Positions 24,260 to 32,000 of a stretch of DNA of 32,000 nt are shown here, in pieces. The position numbers and the translations under genes are program-made. Within the stretch, counting starts at the first letter, position 1, and the number at the start of each line of letters is the position of its first letter. The stretch covers positions 1-32,000 of the forward strand of contig JAUSKK010000045.1 of NCBI GenBank assembly GCA_030649345.1. Reading direction: 5' to 3'. This DNA is from Candidatus Iainarchaeum sp. Its GTDB lineage: Archaea; Iainarchaeota; Iainarchaeia; Iainarchaeales; 0-14-0-20-34-12. A model generated the notes under the pieces. That model had not been told where the DNA came from. It saw only the letters and a program-made list of their open reading frames with translations, and searched no databases.

Positions 24260-24901
24260 TTATTTTCCAGTTTCTCGTTTTCTTCGTTCAGCCAATATTT
24301 GTATGGCTTTGTTTACAAAGTATTTGGTTCTTTGATCCAGTTTTGGATTTTGTTGCAATGCCTGTAGAGTTTCTTCGGCTGGTCCATAGTATCCTGTGAA
24401 TCCAATATTAACAATGGTTTCTAATATTCGTTTTTTCATTTCTGGATCGCTTTCTTTTTGCAAGGCTTCCATTAAAAATTCGAAATGTTCAGGTGAAGCA
24501 TTTTCAGTTAAAATCTTTAATGCTTCTATTTTTTCAGATGAAGGAAATCTTCGTTTATTGCCGCGATGATCTTCTCCTCGTAATACTTCAGTAGCTTCTC
24601 GTATCAATATTCCGGTTTCTCGATTTAACCAGTCTGTTTTTTTTGAGTCACGATGTCTTTCTTGTTTATCGTATGGATTTTCTCTTCTTTCTGTTTGTTC
24701 TTTTTGTCTTCGGACTTGTTCTCCGGCTAAAAATGCAGCTCTTTGAACTAAATTGGGTCCTCTGTGTTCTCGGGGCCCAATGTGTGGAAGCATTCCTGGT
24801 CTAGGGCCTTGGCGTTGTGCGTGAGGCATATTGGCTGGACTGCGAAATCCTGCAGGTCTTCCTCTAGGCATAATTCTTCGTGCTTGGGCTCTCAAAGGCA
24901 T
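24260..24901 (-). CDS. hypothetical protein with an Arg/Pro-rich N-terminal tail and HEAT-like C-terminal helices
   Basis: N-terminus MPLRAQARRIMPRGRPAGFRSP...; C-terminus KIEALKILTENASPEHFEFLMEALQKESDPEMKKRILETIVNIG. Confidence 0.5.
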   Translation of the reverse strand: MPLRAQARRIMPRGRPAGFRSPANMPHAQRQGPRPGMLPHIGPREHRGPNLVQRAAFLAGEQVRRQKEQTERRENPYDKQERHRDSKKTDWLNRETGILIREATEVLRGEDHRGNKRRFPSSEKIEALKILTENASPEHFEFLMEALQKESDPEMKKRILETIVNIGFTGYYGPAEETLQALQQNPKLDQRTKYFVNKAIQILAERRKRETGK

Positions 24902-24920
24902 TTTTTCACCATAAGTTAGT

Positions 24921-24930
24921 ATATATTAAA
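24921..24930. promoter_or_regulatory. TATA-like box in a 52-nt divergent intergenic region
   Basis: atatattaaa lies about 29 nt from the ATG at 24954 and about 25 nt from the minus-strand start at 24901, so both genes may be leaderless. Confidence 0.35.
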
Positions 24931-24953
24931 TTGTATTATTTATAGTTAAATAT

Positions 24954-26012
24954 ATGGCTGAATTTCCTAAATTTGAGTACTTGAAAGCTAAAGGTGATAA
25001 TCTTGAAATTGGCCGGATAGTTGGAAAAGCCTTTGGCGATCAAATTGTTTCAGTTATTGAATATATGCGTTCTTTTTATTTGAAAGAATTTAATTTATCT
25101 TTTGATCAGGCATTTAAGTTAGCGGAATCCAGGTTAAGTTTTGTCAAAAAAGAATTGCCTCAATTTGTAGAAGAACTGCAAGGAATGGCTCAAGGTATAG
25201 GAATTTCTTTTAATGACTTATTTTTGTTAAATTCCGATGAATTTTTGTACGAGCAAAAATTCGCAAGCAAGGGATGCACAGATGTTTTTTTGAAAACCGA
25301 TGGCTTGTTGGTTGGGCATACTGAAGATTGGCTGGCTGATTTTGGAAATCGAATGTTTATTTTGGAAGCCGATGTATCCAATAAATTTGATTCATTGTCT
25401 TTTATTGCTTTAACTTATTTTGGCCGCCTTCCAGGTTATTCTGCTAATTTAAATTCTCATGGTTTTGCTTCCACCAGCAACGGAGTTCATGCTTTTGATT
25501 TCAAGCCAGGAGTTCCGAAAGCTTTTGTAAACAGGTATGTCTTAGAAAGCGGTTCTATGAAAGAAGCAGTACGCAAAGCAGGAAGTTTATCTCGTGCGTC
25601 TGGAGGAACTTTAAATTTAGTTCAAGGAACTGAATTTGCTTCTTTGGAATTAAGCGCCAATCAATTTGAATTATTAAAATATTCTCAAGATCGCGGTGTT
25701 CATACCAATCATTTTATTTCTTCGGCAATGAATTCTCTTGGAACACAGTCTGAAAATTCAATTAAACGGCTTGAGCGAGCCAATCAAATGTTAAACATGG
25801 TGAAACAACCACCGGAATCTTTTTTGCACAGTATTTTAGCAGACCATGAAAACGCTCCGCACTCCATTTGCAGTCATTCGGCTGATTTAATTGCAAAGCA
25901 AAAAAAATCAGCTACCCTTGGAGCTGTAATGATTGATCCTTCCAAAAAACGTTTTTCTGTCTTAACCGGAAGTCCATGCAGAGGAAAATTTATTGACTAT
26001 TATTTGAAGTAA
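24954..26012 (+). CDS. peptidase C45 / acyl-CoA:6-APA acyltransferase-like Ntn hydrolase
   Basis: Candidate nucleophile in KGCTDVF, followed by VGHTEDW (compare the GHNEDW motif of the family). Length is about 350 aa. Confidence 0.6.
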   Translation: MAEFPKFEYLKAKGDNLEIGRIVGKAFGDQIVSVIEYMRSFYLKEFNLSFDQAFKLAESRLSFVKKELPQFVEELQGMAQGIGISFNDLFLLNSDEFLYEQKFASKGCTDVFLKTDGLLVGHTEDWLADFGNRMFILEADVSNKFDSLSFIALTYFGRLPGYSANLNSHGFASTSNGVHAFDFKPGVPKAFVNRYVLESGSMKEAVRKAGSLSRASGGTLNLVQGTEFASLELSANQFELLKYSQDRGVHTNHFISSAMNSLGTQSENSIKRLERANQMLNMVKQPPESFLHSILADHENAPHSICSHSADLIAKQKKSATLGAVMIDPSKKRFSVLTGSPCRGKFIDYYLK

Positions 26013-26127
26013 AACAGCCGTAACCCAGCTGGCGTGTTGCATTGCAATTAAACCATTAGGTTTAATGCACATTAAAACGTGTTCGTTTTAATTGTGCTTT
26101 CGCTGCGCTCAGCAAAGCGGTTTACAG

Positions 26128-26775
26128 TTAATCAACTAAAGTGCATTCAATTCGTTCTTTTCCTTTTCCTATATTTGCACGCTTTAATTTAATGTTGCCA
26201 ATTTCTTTCGAGTTTTTGACATGGGTTCCGCCGCAAAAAGTTTTATGGTTTCCCATTTCCCAAGCCCAATTATTTTTTGTTCCAGGTTCAATGTATCTTT
26301 TGATTTCATGTCCTTCATTAATAAGTTGCTGGACTTGTTCTTGAATTTTAGGCAAAACAGTATTCAAATTCTCCGGATACATATAATCCAGTCTGCTTTT
26401 GGTTAAATCAATATTGCTTCCCACACATTCATGTTTTCCGCAAACTTGTTCAAAAACTCGGTCTGTTAAATGAGCCAAAGAATGCAACCGCATAATTTTG
26501 TATCGTTTTTCCCAATCAATTTGGATTACAACTTCTTGTCCAATTTTCAAGCCTTCTGCACTTTCTAAAGTATACACAATTTCTTCTGTATCTTTATCCA
26601 TATCAGCTTGCACAACCGGTATTCCATTCAATGTGCCTGTGTCGGTGATTTGCCCTCCGGAAAAAGCGTAAAAAATGGTTTGATCTAGCCAAACCTTATT
26701 TTGTTCAATTTTCACAATTTTGGCCTTTAATTCCTTTAAATAGGCTTGATCTCGAAACAAAATTTTTACAGTCAT
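26128..26775 (-). CDS. alaX: alanyl-tRNA editing protein AlaX (trans-editing deacylase)
   Basis: Zinc motifs HSLAHL (HxxxH) and CGGTHV (CxxxH). N-terminal LDQTIFYAFSGGQITDTG. Confidence 0.75.
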   Translation of the reverse strand: MTVKILFRDQAYLKELKAKIVKIEQNKVWLDQTIFYAFSGGQITDTGTLNGIPVVQADMDKDTEEIVYTLESAEGLKIGQEVVIQIDWEKRYKIMRLHSLAHLTDRVFEQVCGKHECVGSNIDLTKSRLDYMYPENLNTVLPKIQEQVQQLINEGHEIKRYIEPGTKNNWAWEMGNHKTFCGGTHVKNSKEIGNIKLKRANIGKGKERIECTLVD

Positions 26776-26796
26776 AAAATAATACTGGAGCCAAAT

Positions 26797-26807
26797 GTTT
26801 AATTAAC
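26797..26807 (+). promoter_or_regulatory. TATA-like box upstream of argS
   Basis: gtttaattaac lies about 30 nt upstream of the ATG at 26833, with no Shine-Dalgarno. Confidence 0.35.
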
Positions 26808-26832
26808 ATGCACTTGCATAATTCTAATATAT

Positions 26833-28548
26833 ATGAATCTTAAGAAATTTTTAGCCCAACAATTAGCCAAGCAAATCTCTGAACTATCGGAAGACCAAAT
26901 TTTTGCTTTATTGGAAGAACCCAAATCATCCGCTTTAGGGGATTATGCTTTTCCGTGTTTTTCTTTGGCGAAAGTTTTCAAAAAAGGGCCCAATCAAATT
27001 GCTTTGGATTTAAAAAATTCACTGAAATTTGGAACTGAAATTCAAAAAATAGAAGCAGTGAATGCGTACTTGAATTTTTTTTTAAATCCAGTTTTTGTTT
27101 CCGAAAAGACAATTTCCGAAGTTTTGAAACAAAAAACTAAATACGGTTCTTCTTTGGTTGGAAAAAACAAAAAAGTAATGGTTGAATACTCGAGTCCAAA
27201 TACCAATAAGCCATTGCACGTAGGTCATCTGCGCAATGATTCCATTGGAATGTGTTTATCCAATATTTTAGAATTTTCAGGTCATCAAGTGATTCGCGCT
27301 ATTTTAGTGAATGACCGTGGTGTTCATATTTGCAAAAGCATGTTAGCATATCAAAAATTTGGAGACAATCAAACTCCTGAAAATCAAAAAATTAAAGGAG
27401 ATCATTTTGTAGGAAATTTTTATGTTTTATTTAATCAAAAATTAACTGAATTTCCTGAATTAGAACAAGAAGCTCAAGCAATGCTGGTGCAATGGGAAAA
27501 ACAAGATAAAAGAACTATTCAGTTGTGGAAAAAAATGAATGCTTGGGTTATTCAAGGATTTGTGGAAACGTACAAAAAATTTGGTTCTAGCTTTGATGAA
27601 TGGTTTTATGAATCTAAATTTTACGATAAAGCACAGCCCATTATTGATCAAGGAATCAAGCAAGGCGTTTTTTTTAAATCTGAAAATGGTTCTTTAATGG
27701 CTGATTTGAAATCAACCGGTTTGCCGAACAAAACAGTTTTGCGTGCAGATGGCACCAGTATTTATTTAACCAATGACTTGCCTTTAACGGTTCATAAATT
27801 TGAAAAATTTAAACTAGCTCAAGCTTTTTGGGTAGTTGCATCCGAACAAGATTTGTATTTCCAACAGTTGTTTAAAATTTTTGAATTATTGGGTTATTCT
27901 TGGTCTAAAAATTGTAAGCATTTAAGTTATGGAATGGTTTTATTACCGGAAGGAAAAATGAAAAGCCGGGAAGGAAATGTTATTGATGCCGATGATTTAA
28001 TGCAAGATATTTCTGCTTTGGCTTACGAAGAAATATTGAAACGAAATCCTAGTTTATCTAAAAAAGAAATTGAACGACGTTCTCAAACGATTGCTTTGGC
28101 TGCCATCAAGTATACTATGCTGAAAATTGAATTGGTGAAAGACTTTGTGTTTGATTTAAAACAATCGGTTTCCTTTGAAGGAGATTCTGGTCCGTATTTG
28201 CAGTATTCGTATGCTCGTGCCAAAAGTATTCTGCGTAAAGCATCCAATGTTTCCTTTAAATCCATGGACTTTAGTTTATTGAACTCAACGCAAGAATATT
28301 TGTTGGTTAAAAAATTAGCTGCATTTCCTTTACTGGTAGAACAATTGGCTGAAACTAAAGCCATTCATTTATTGACTCATTACTTGCAAGAATTATGCTT
28401 ATTATTCAATTCCTATTACCATGAAATTCCTGTCTTAACTGCTGCTGAAAAAGTAAAACAAGCTCGTTTGGCTTTAGTGGAAAGCTTTTCGGTTGTTTTA
28501 AAGAATGGCTTGTATCTGCTGAATATTGAAACTTTGGACGAAATGTAG
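26833..28548 (+). CDS. argS: arginine--tRNA ligase
   Basis: SSPNTNKPLHVGHLRN (HIGH region), MKSREG (KMSK-like), and the C-terminal DALR-type anticodon-binding pattern (GDSGPYLQYSYAR). Confidence 0.92.
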   Translation: MNLKKFLAQQLAKQISELSEDQIFALLEEPKSSALGDYAFPCFSLAKVFKKGPNQIALDLKNSLKFGTEIQKIEAVNAYLNFFLNPVFVSEKTISEVLKQKTKYGSSLVGKNKKVMVEYSSPNTNKPLHVGHLRNDSIGMCLSNILEFSGHQVIRAILVNDRGVHICKSMLAYQKFGDNQTPENQKIKGDHFVGNFYVLFNQKLTEFPELEQEAQAMLVQWEKQDKRTIQLWKKMNAWVIQGFVETYKKFGSSFDEWFYESKFYDKAQPIIDQGIKQGVFFKSENGSLMADLKSTGLPNKTVLRADGTSIYLTNDLPLTVHKFEKFKLAQAFWVVASEQDLYFQQLFKIFELLGYSWSKNCKHLSYGMVLLPEGKMKSREGNVIDADDLMQDISALAYEEILKRNPSLSKKEIERRSQTIALAAIKYTMLKIELVKDFVFDLKQSVSFEGDSGPYLQYSYARAKSILRKASNVSFKSMDFSLLNSTQEYLLVKKLAAFPLLVEQLAETKAIHLLTHYLQELCLLFNSYYHEIPVLTAAEKVKQARLALVESFSVVLKNGLYLLNIETLDEM

Positions 28549-28564
28549 TTTTTTTAATAATTAG

Positions 28565-28574
28565 GTTTAAATAA
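28565..28574 (+). promoter_or_regulatory. TATA-like box upstream of the RSH gene
   Basis: gtttaaataa is centred about 27 nt upstream of the ATG at 28597. Confidence 0.35.
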
Positions 28575-28596
28575 CTCATTTGTTCCAATAATAGTT

Positions 28597-30387
28597 ATGA
28601 AAAAGTCATCTAAATCAGTTCCTGCAGTATCCCTGATTTCTCCTGAGTTTAAAAAATTATTTGATTCTCAGCTGGAAACTGTGTTTGCCAATGTAAGAAG
28701 TTCTTTAAAATTTCATTCTGTTTTAGAAAAGCAAAATACTAAATCGCGTGAATCTAAAATTAAAGGTAAAAAAATTAACTTTGACTTAATTCAGCGAGCT
28801 TATGATTTTGCCATGCAGCGTCATTCGTTTCAAAAGCGTGCTTCGGGTGATCCGTATTTTGTTCACTTAATTGGAACTGCAACAATTTTATCTGAATATG
28901 GCGGCGATGAAGAAACCATTGCTGCTGGTTTTTTACACGATGTATTGGAAGATACCGATACTACCAAACAAGAATTGATTGAATATTTTGGAATCAATAT
29001 TGCCTTGCTGGTCGAAGGAGTTACTAAATTGGATGAATTGTCGTATAAGTCAAGAAAATCCAAGCATATTAATTATTTGCAGCGTGTCTTAATTGCCAGT
29101 ACTCGGGATATTCGTGTTTTAATTATTAAATTGGCAGACAAATTGCATAATGTTCGAACTTTAGGTTTTTTGGATCCAGTAAAAAAAATGGAAATTGCTT
29201 CCTTGGTTTTAGATGTGTATGGCCCTTTGGCGCATCGAATGGGTTTGCATAATCTTGAATATGAATTGGAAGATTTATGTTTTCCGATAGTATCTCCTGA
29301 AAAATTTAAAGAAGTGAAATCCAATATTGAACAAGGTCGGCTTTTAAAAACTCAGCAAATTGAAAATATGATTTCTATTTTAACAGCTAAAGCGAATGCT
29401 TTGAAACGTCATTATGGTTTTGATCGAAAACAGAAAGGCTATTATTCTATTTATCGAAAAATTAGTCAACTGCATAAATCGTTTGAAGAAATTGATGATT
29501 TTTCAGTTTTGTTAGTTTTAACAGATTCTATTGCTGAATGCTATGAAGCTTTAGGATTGGTGCATACTACGTTTCATCCAGTTCCTGGGAAATTAAAAGA
29601 TTATATTGCCATTCCTCAAGTAGCCTACAATGCCATTCATACAACTGTAATTGGCCCGAATGGAACTCCTATTAAAGTTCATATTAAAACCAAACGAATG
29701 AATGAATTGGAATCTAAAGGAATTATTTCTTGGCTGGAACGTACCAATATTTTGCGCGATTACGATGAAGAAGATTTGAATGCTTTGCATACTCCCAGTT
29801 CTTTGAGTGAAGAAGAATTTCCTTTTTACGATGCTTTGAAAAAAGATTTTTTGGATCCGCAAATTTTTGTTTTTACGGCCAATGGAGGTATTGTAAAATT
29901 GCCTTGGGGCAGCAGTGCAGTGGATTTTGCTTACAAACTAAATACGGAAATTGGTAATTGTGCTGAAAAAATTAAAGTGAACGGAAAATTAGTTCCGATT
30001 TGGACTGTTTTAGATTCTGGTGACATTGTGGAAGTTATTACTGCCAAGAGTCCAACTGTGAAAAAAGACTGGATTGATTTTGTAAAATCGCATAATGCTA
30101 AAGAAAAAATTAAGCAAGCTTTGAATTTAAAAGATGAAAAAAAAGAAACTTTGCAAAATGCATTGTTTATTGTCCGAGCTGTTGATCGTACTGGTTTGTT
30201 GGCTGATTTAAGTAAAATTATTGCAGAATGCAATGTATTTATTGATGAATATTATGTAATCAAAGAAGAAGGCAATAATATTGTCAAAGATTGTTTCTTG
30301 GTTCATGTAGCTCAAAAAAAGCAAATAGAGAAATTGATTGAACGCTGTAAAAAAGTTAGAAATGTTTTAGATGTAACTACCAGCTAA
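28597..30387 (+). CDS. long RelA/SpoT homologue (HD hydrolase, RelA_SpoT-like, TGS and ACT domains)
   Basis: Hydrolase motifs HSFQKRASGDPYFVH, HDVLEDT and KLADKLHNVRTL. Synthetase-like YYSIYRKI...KDYIAIP...IHTTVIGP. TGS-like IFVFTANGGIVKLPWGSSAVDFAY...GDIVEVIT. ACT-like VRAVDRTGLLADLSKIIAE. Confidence 0.85.
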   Translation: MKKSSKSVPAVSLISPEFKKLFDSQLETVFANVRSSLKFHSVLEKQNTKSRESKIKGKKINFDLIQRAYDFAMQRHSFQKRASGDPYFVHLIGTATILSEYGGDEETIAAGFLHDVLEDTDTTKQELIEYFGINIALLVEGVTKLDELSYKSRKSKHINYLQRVLIASTRDIRVLIIKLADKLHNVRTLGFLDPVKKMEIASLVLDVYGPLAHRMGLHNLEYELEDLCFPIVSPEKFKEVKSNIEQGRLLKTQQIENMISILTAKANALKRHYGFDRKQKGYYSIYRKISQLHKSFEEIDDFSVLLVLTDSIAECYEALGLVHTTFHPVPGKLKDYIAIPQVAYNAIHTTVIGPNGTPIKVHIKTKRMNELESKGIISWLERTNILRDYDEEDLNALHTPSSLSEEEFPFYDALKKDFLDPQIFVFTANGGIVKLPWGSSAVDFAYKLNTEIGNCAEKIKVNGKLVPIWTVLDSGDIVEVITAKSPTVKKDWIDFVKSHNAKEKIKQALNLKDEKKETLQNALFIVRAVDRTGLLADLSKIIAECNVFIDEYYVIKEEGNNIVKDCFLVHVAQKKQIEKLIERCKKVRNVLDVTTS

Positions 30388-30393
30388 TTTTTT

Positions 30394-32000
30394 TTACTCC
30401 ATCCAAATAGCTGGTTTAAACGGCAATGCATTTCCTGCTTTTTGCATATGTTTTTGTTCTGCTTGTGTTTCTTCTTTGATTTCAATCAAGCAATTGAATT
30501 CTTTTTCCAATTCTTTTTTTCCTTCATTTAATACCTGCATTTCTTCAATTTTGGGTTTGTCTTTGATTTCCATGATTTTGGAGCTTAATTCTTTGACAGC
30601 TCGTTCTGCTTGTTTTCCGTGTTTTCGAATTTCCTCTATTTTCATGGTTAACTTCATTCCTTCTCCAAAATTGGGTGAAGTCAATGTTTTTAATTCATTT
30701 AATGTTTTCCATTTCCATTCACTGGCAGTGTAAATAGTTATTTTTTTTACTTGTTCAATTTTAGCTAATTCTTTTATGTGCTGCAAGTCTTCTCGTATTT
30801 TTTCTAAAAACTCTTCTCCAGTTTCTGCTTCTGCGTCAATCTTGTCTGGATTGACTTTCGGCCAAGTACTCACTGAAACCATTTCTTTAAATTCTAATTT
30901 TTGTCCTAATTCTTCAGTTAAATGCGGTGCAAACGGACTTAACAATAAAGTGACTGTTTTGAAACAAAATCCCAAGATTTCTTTTTTAGGTTCATTTTCT
31001 GCATATTTTCGAATACTTGCAACCAAATCCATAATGGAATGTACTGCAAAATTGAATTTGTATAGTTTCATGTCTTCAGTTACGCTTAAAATTGTTCTAT
31101 GTGTTTTTGAAATGATTAATTTATCCTGTGCATTTAATTCCTTTTCTTTAATTTCATTCAAAGAAATTTTATTTGCATTTTCTTCTATGAACTCAAATGT
31201 TTTGGCCAAGAATTTGTGTACTGCTTCAGCTCCTTGATCTGACCATTCCAATTCTTTTTCCGGCAAGCTTACACTTAACATAAATGTTCTAGCTGTATCT
31301 GCTCCGAATTTGTCAATAATGGCTCCAGGGTCGACTACATTTCCTTTGCTTTTGCTCATGACTTCTCCTTCTTTGAGTACCATTCCTTGAGCCAGTAATC
31401 GAGTAAATGGTTCTTCAACATTCACGCAACCTGTATCGCGCAATGCTTTTGTAAAAAAGCGTGCGTATAATAAATGTAAAATGGCATGCTCAATTCCTCC
31501 AATGTATTGATCGACTGGCATCCAGTATTCTGCAATTTTTTTGTCAAATAAAACATTTCCATTTTTAGGCGTACAGTATCTTAAAAAATACCAGCTGGAG
31601 TCAAAGAATGTATCCATAGTGTCTGTGTCTCTTTTTGCATTGCCTTTACATTTTGGGCATTGTACGTTTACAAATTCTTGCACTTTATCCAATGGATTTC
31701 CTTCTCCTGTGAAGGGTGCATTTTCCGGCAATTTTACGGGCAAGTCTTTTTCTTGTACTGGTACAGTTCCGCAGGTTGTACAATAAATAATTGGAATGGG
31801 TGTTCCCCAATATCTTTGTCTGGAAATTAGCCAATCGCGAATTTTGAATTGAGTTGTTCGTTTTGCAAATTGGTATTTTTCTAAATAATCCAGCATAGGT
31901 TCTCTGGATTCCAAGTATGTTTTTCCTTGCATTTCTTTGGGTTCAATAATTATTCCATCGTCTTCTCTGAAAAATTCTTCAAAGTTTTCTACTTTTTTTC
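30394..32000 (-). CDS. leuS: leucine--tRNA ligase, N-terminal part lies beyond the right window edge
   Basis: [57 protein letters not shown] and [12 protein letters not shown] (KMSKS). The frame stays open upstream of the track Met (31932) to base 32000. Confidence 0.9.
   Translation of the reverse strand, partial: KKVENFEEFFREDDGIIIEPKEMQGKTYLESREPMLDYLEKYQFAKRTTQFKIRDWLISRQRYWGTPIPIIYCTTCGTVPVQEKDLPVKLPENAPFTGEGNPLDKVQEFVNVQCPKCKGNAKRDTDTMDTFFDSSWYFLRYCTPKNGNVLFDKKIAEYWMPVDQYIGGIEHAILHLLYARFFTKALRDTGCVNVEEPFTRLLAQGMVLKEGEVMSKSKGNVVDPGAIIDKFGADTARTFMLSVSLPEKELEWSDQGAEAVHKFLAKTFEFIEENANKISLNEIKEKELNAQDKLIISKTHRTILSVTEDMKLYKFNFAVHSIMDLVASIRKYAENEPKKEILGFCFKTVTLLLSPFAPHLTEELGQKLEFKEMVSVSTWPKVNPDKIDAEAETGEEFLEKIREDLQHIKELAKIEQVKKITIYTASEWKWKTLNELKTLTSPNFGEGMKLTMKIEEIRKHGKQAERAVKELSSKIMEIKDKPKIEEMQVLNEGKKELEKEFNCLIEIKEETQAEQKHMQKAGNALPFKPAIWME

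Noticed and set aside
26013-26127. tRNA, split-tRNA half or 5S rRNA in the hairpin-rich intergenic region
   Set aside because: A D-arm-like GCC-AGCTGGGTTAC-GGC exists on the minus strand, but no acceptor, anticodon or T arm can be completed. There is no 5S-like sequence.
1-32000. Search by eye for CRISPR arrays, rRNA, IS elements with terminal inverted repeats, and reverse transcriptase or DGR template/variable repeats
   Set aside because: None seen. There are no regularly spaced 25-40 bp repeats, no transposase, integrase or RT motifs in any long ORF, and no rRNA-like GC-rich blocks.

Overview
AT-rich window that looks archaeal, most likely from a small-genome DPANN-like lineage (inference). 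Evidence: both tRNA genes carry anticodon-loop introns with exon-intron pairing typical of archaeal splicing; several genes have a TATA-like box about 27-30 nt upstream of the ATG, suggesting leaderless mRNAs; and there is a single-OB-fold SSB-like protein and an AN1-like zinc finger. Layout: (i) ~1-9.6 kb is accessory and resembles an integrated plasmid or virus-like element. It has a plus-strand module (wHTH, SF3-type P-loop ATPase, Zn-ribbon, RHH) converging on a minus-strand module (an unknown / VRR-NUC nuclease / PH-like operon, two secreted Cys-rich or lipobox proteins, and an AN1-TM-CAP fusion protein), with a 48-bp repeat in two intergenic gaps. (ii) ~9.6-24.9 kb mixes lipobox, membrane and surface proteins with a Fic enzyme, a phosphoribosyltransferase, a NIF3-like protein, an HD protein, an OB-fold protein, tRNA-Leu(GAG) and tRNA-Arg(UCU). 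(iii) ~24.9-32 kb is housekeeping and translation-linked: C45-like peptidase, AlaX, ArgRS, a long RelA/SpoT homologue and LeuRS (cut by the window edge). I found no CRISPR array, rRNA, transposase or clear integrase. Most interesting: the three-gene nuclease operon; a 15-nt duplication of the tRNA-Leu 3' end 93 nt downstream, flanking a structured spacer; a 96-nt structured intron in tRNA-Arg; the 48-bp intergenic repeat pair; and an RSH protein whose hydrolase motifs are intact but whose synthetase motifs look degenerate. All functional calls rest on motif recognition by eye; no searches were run.
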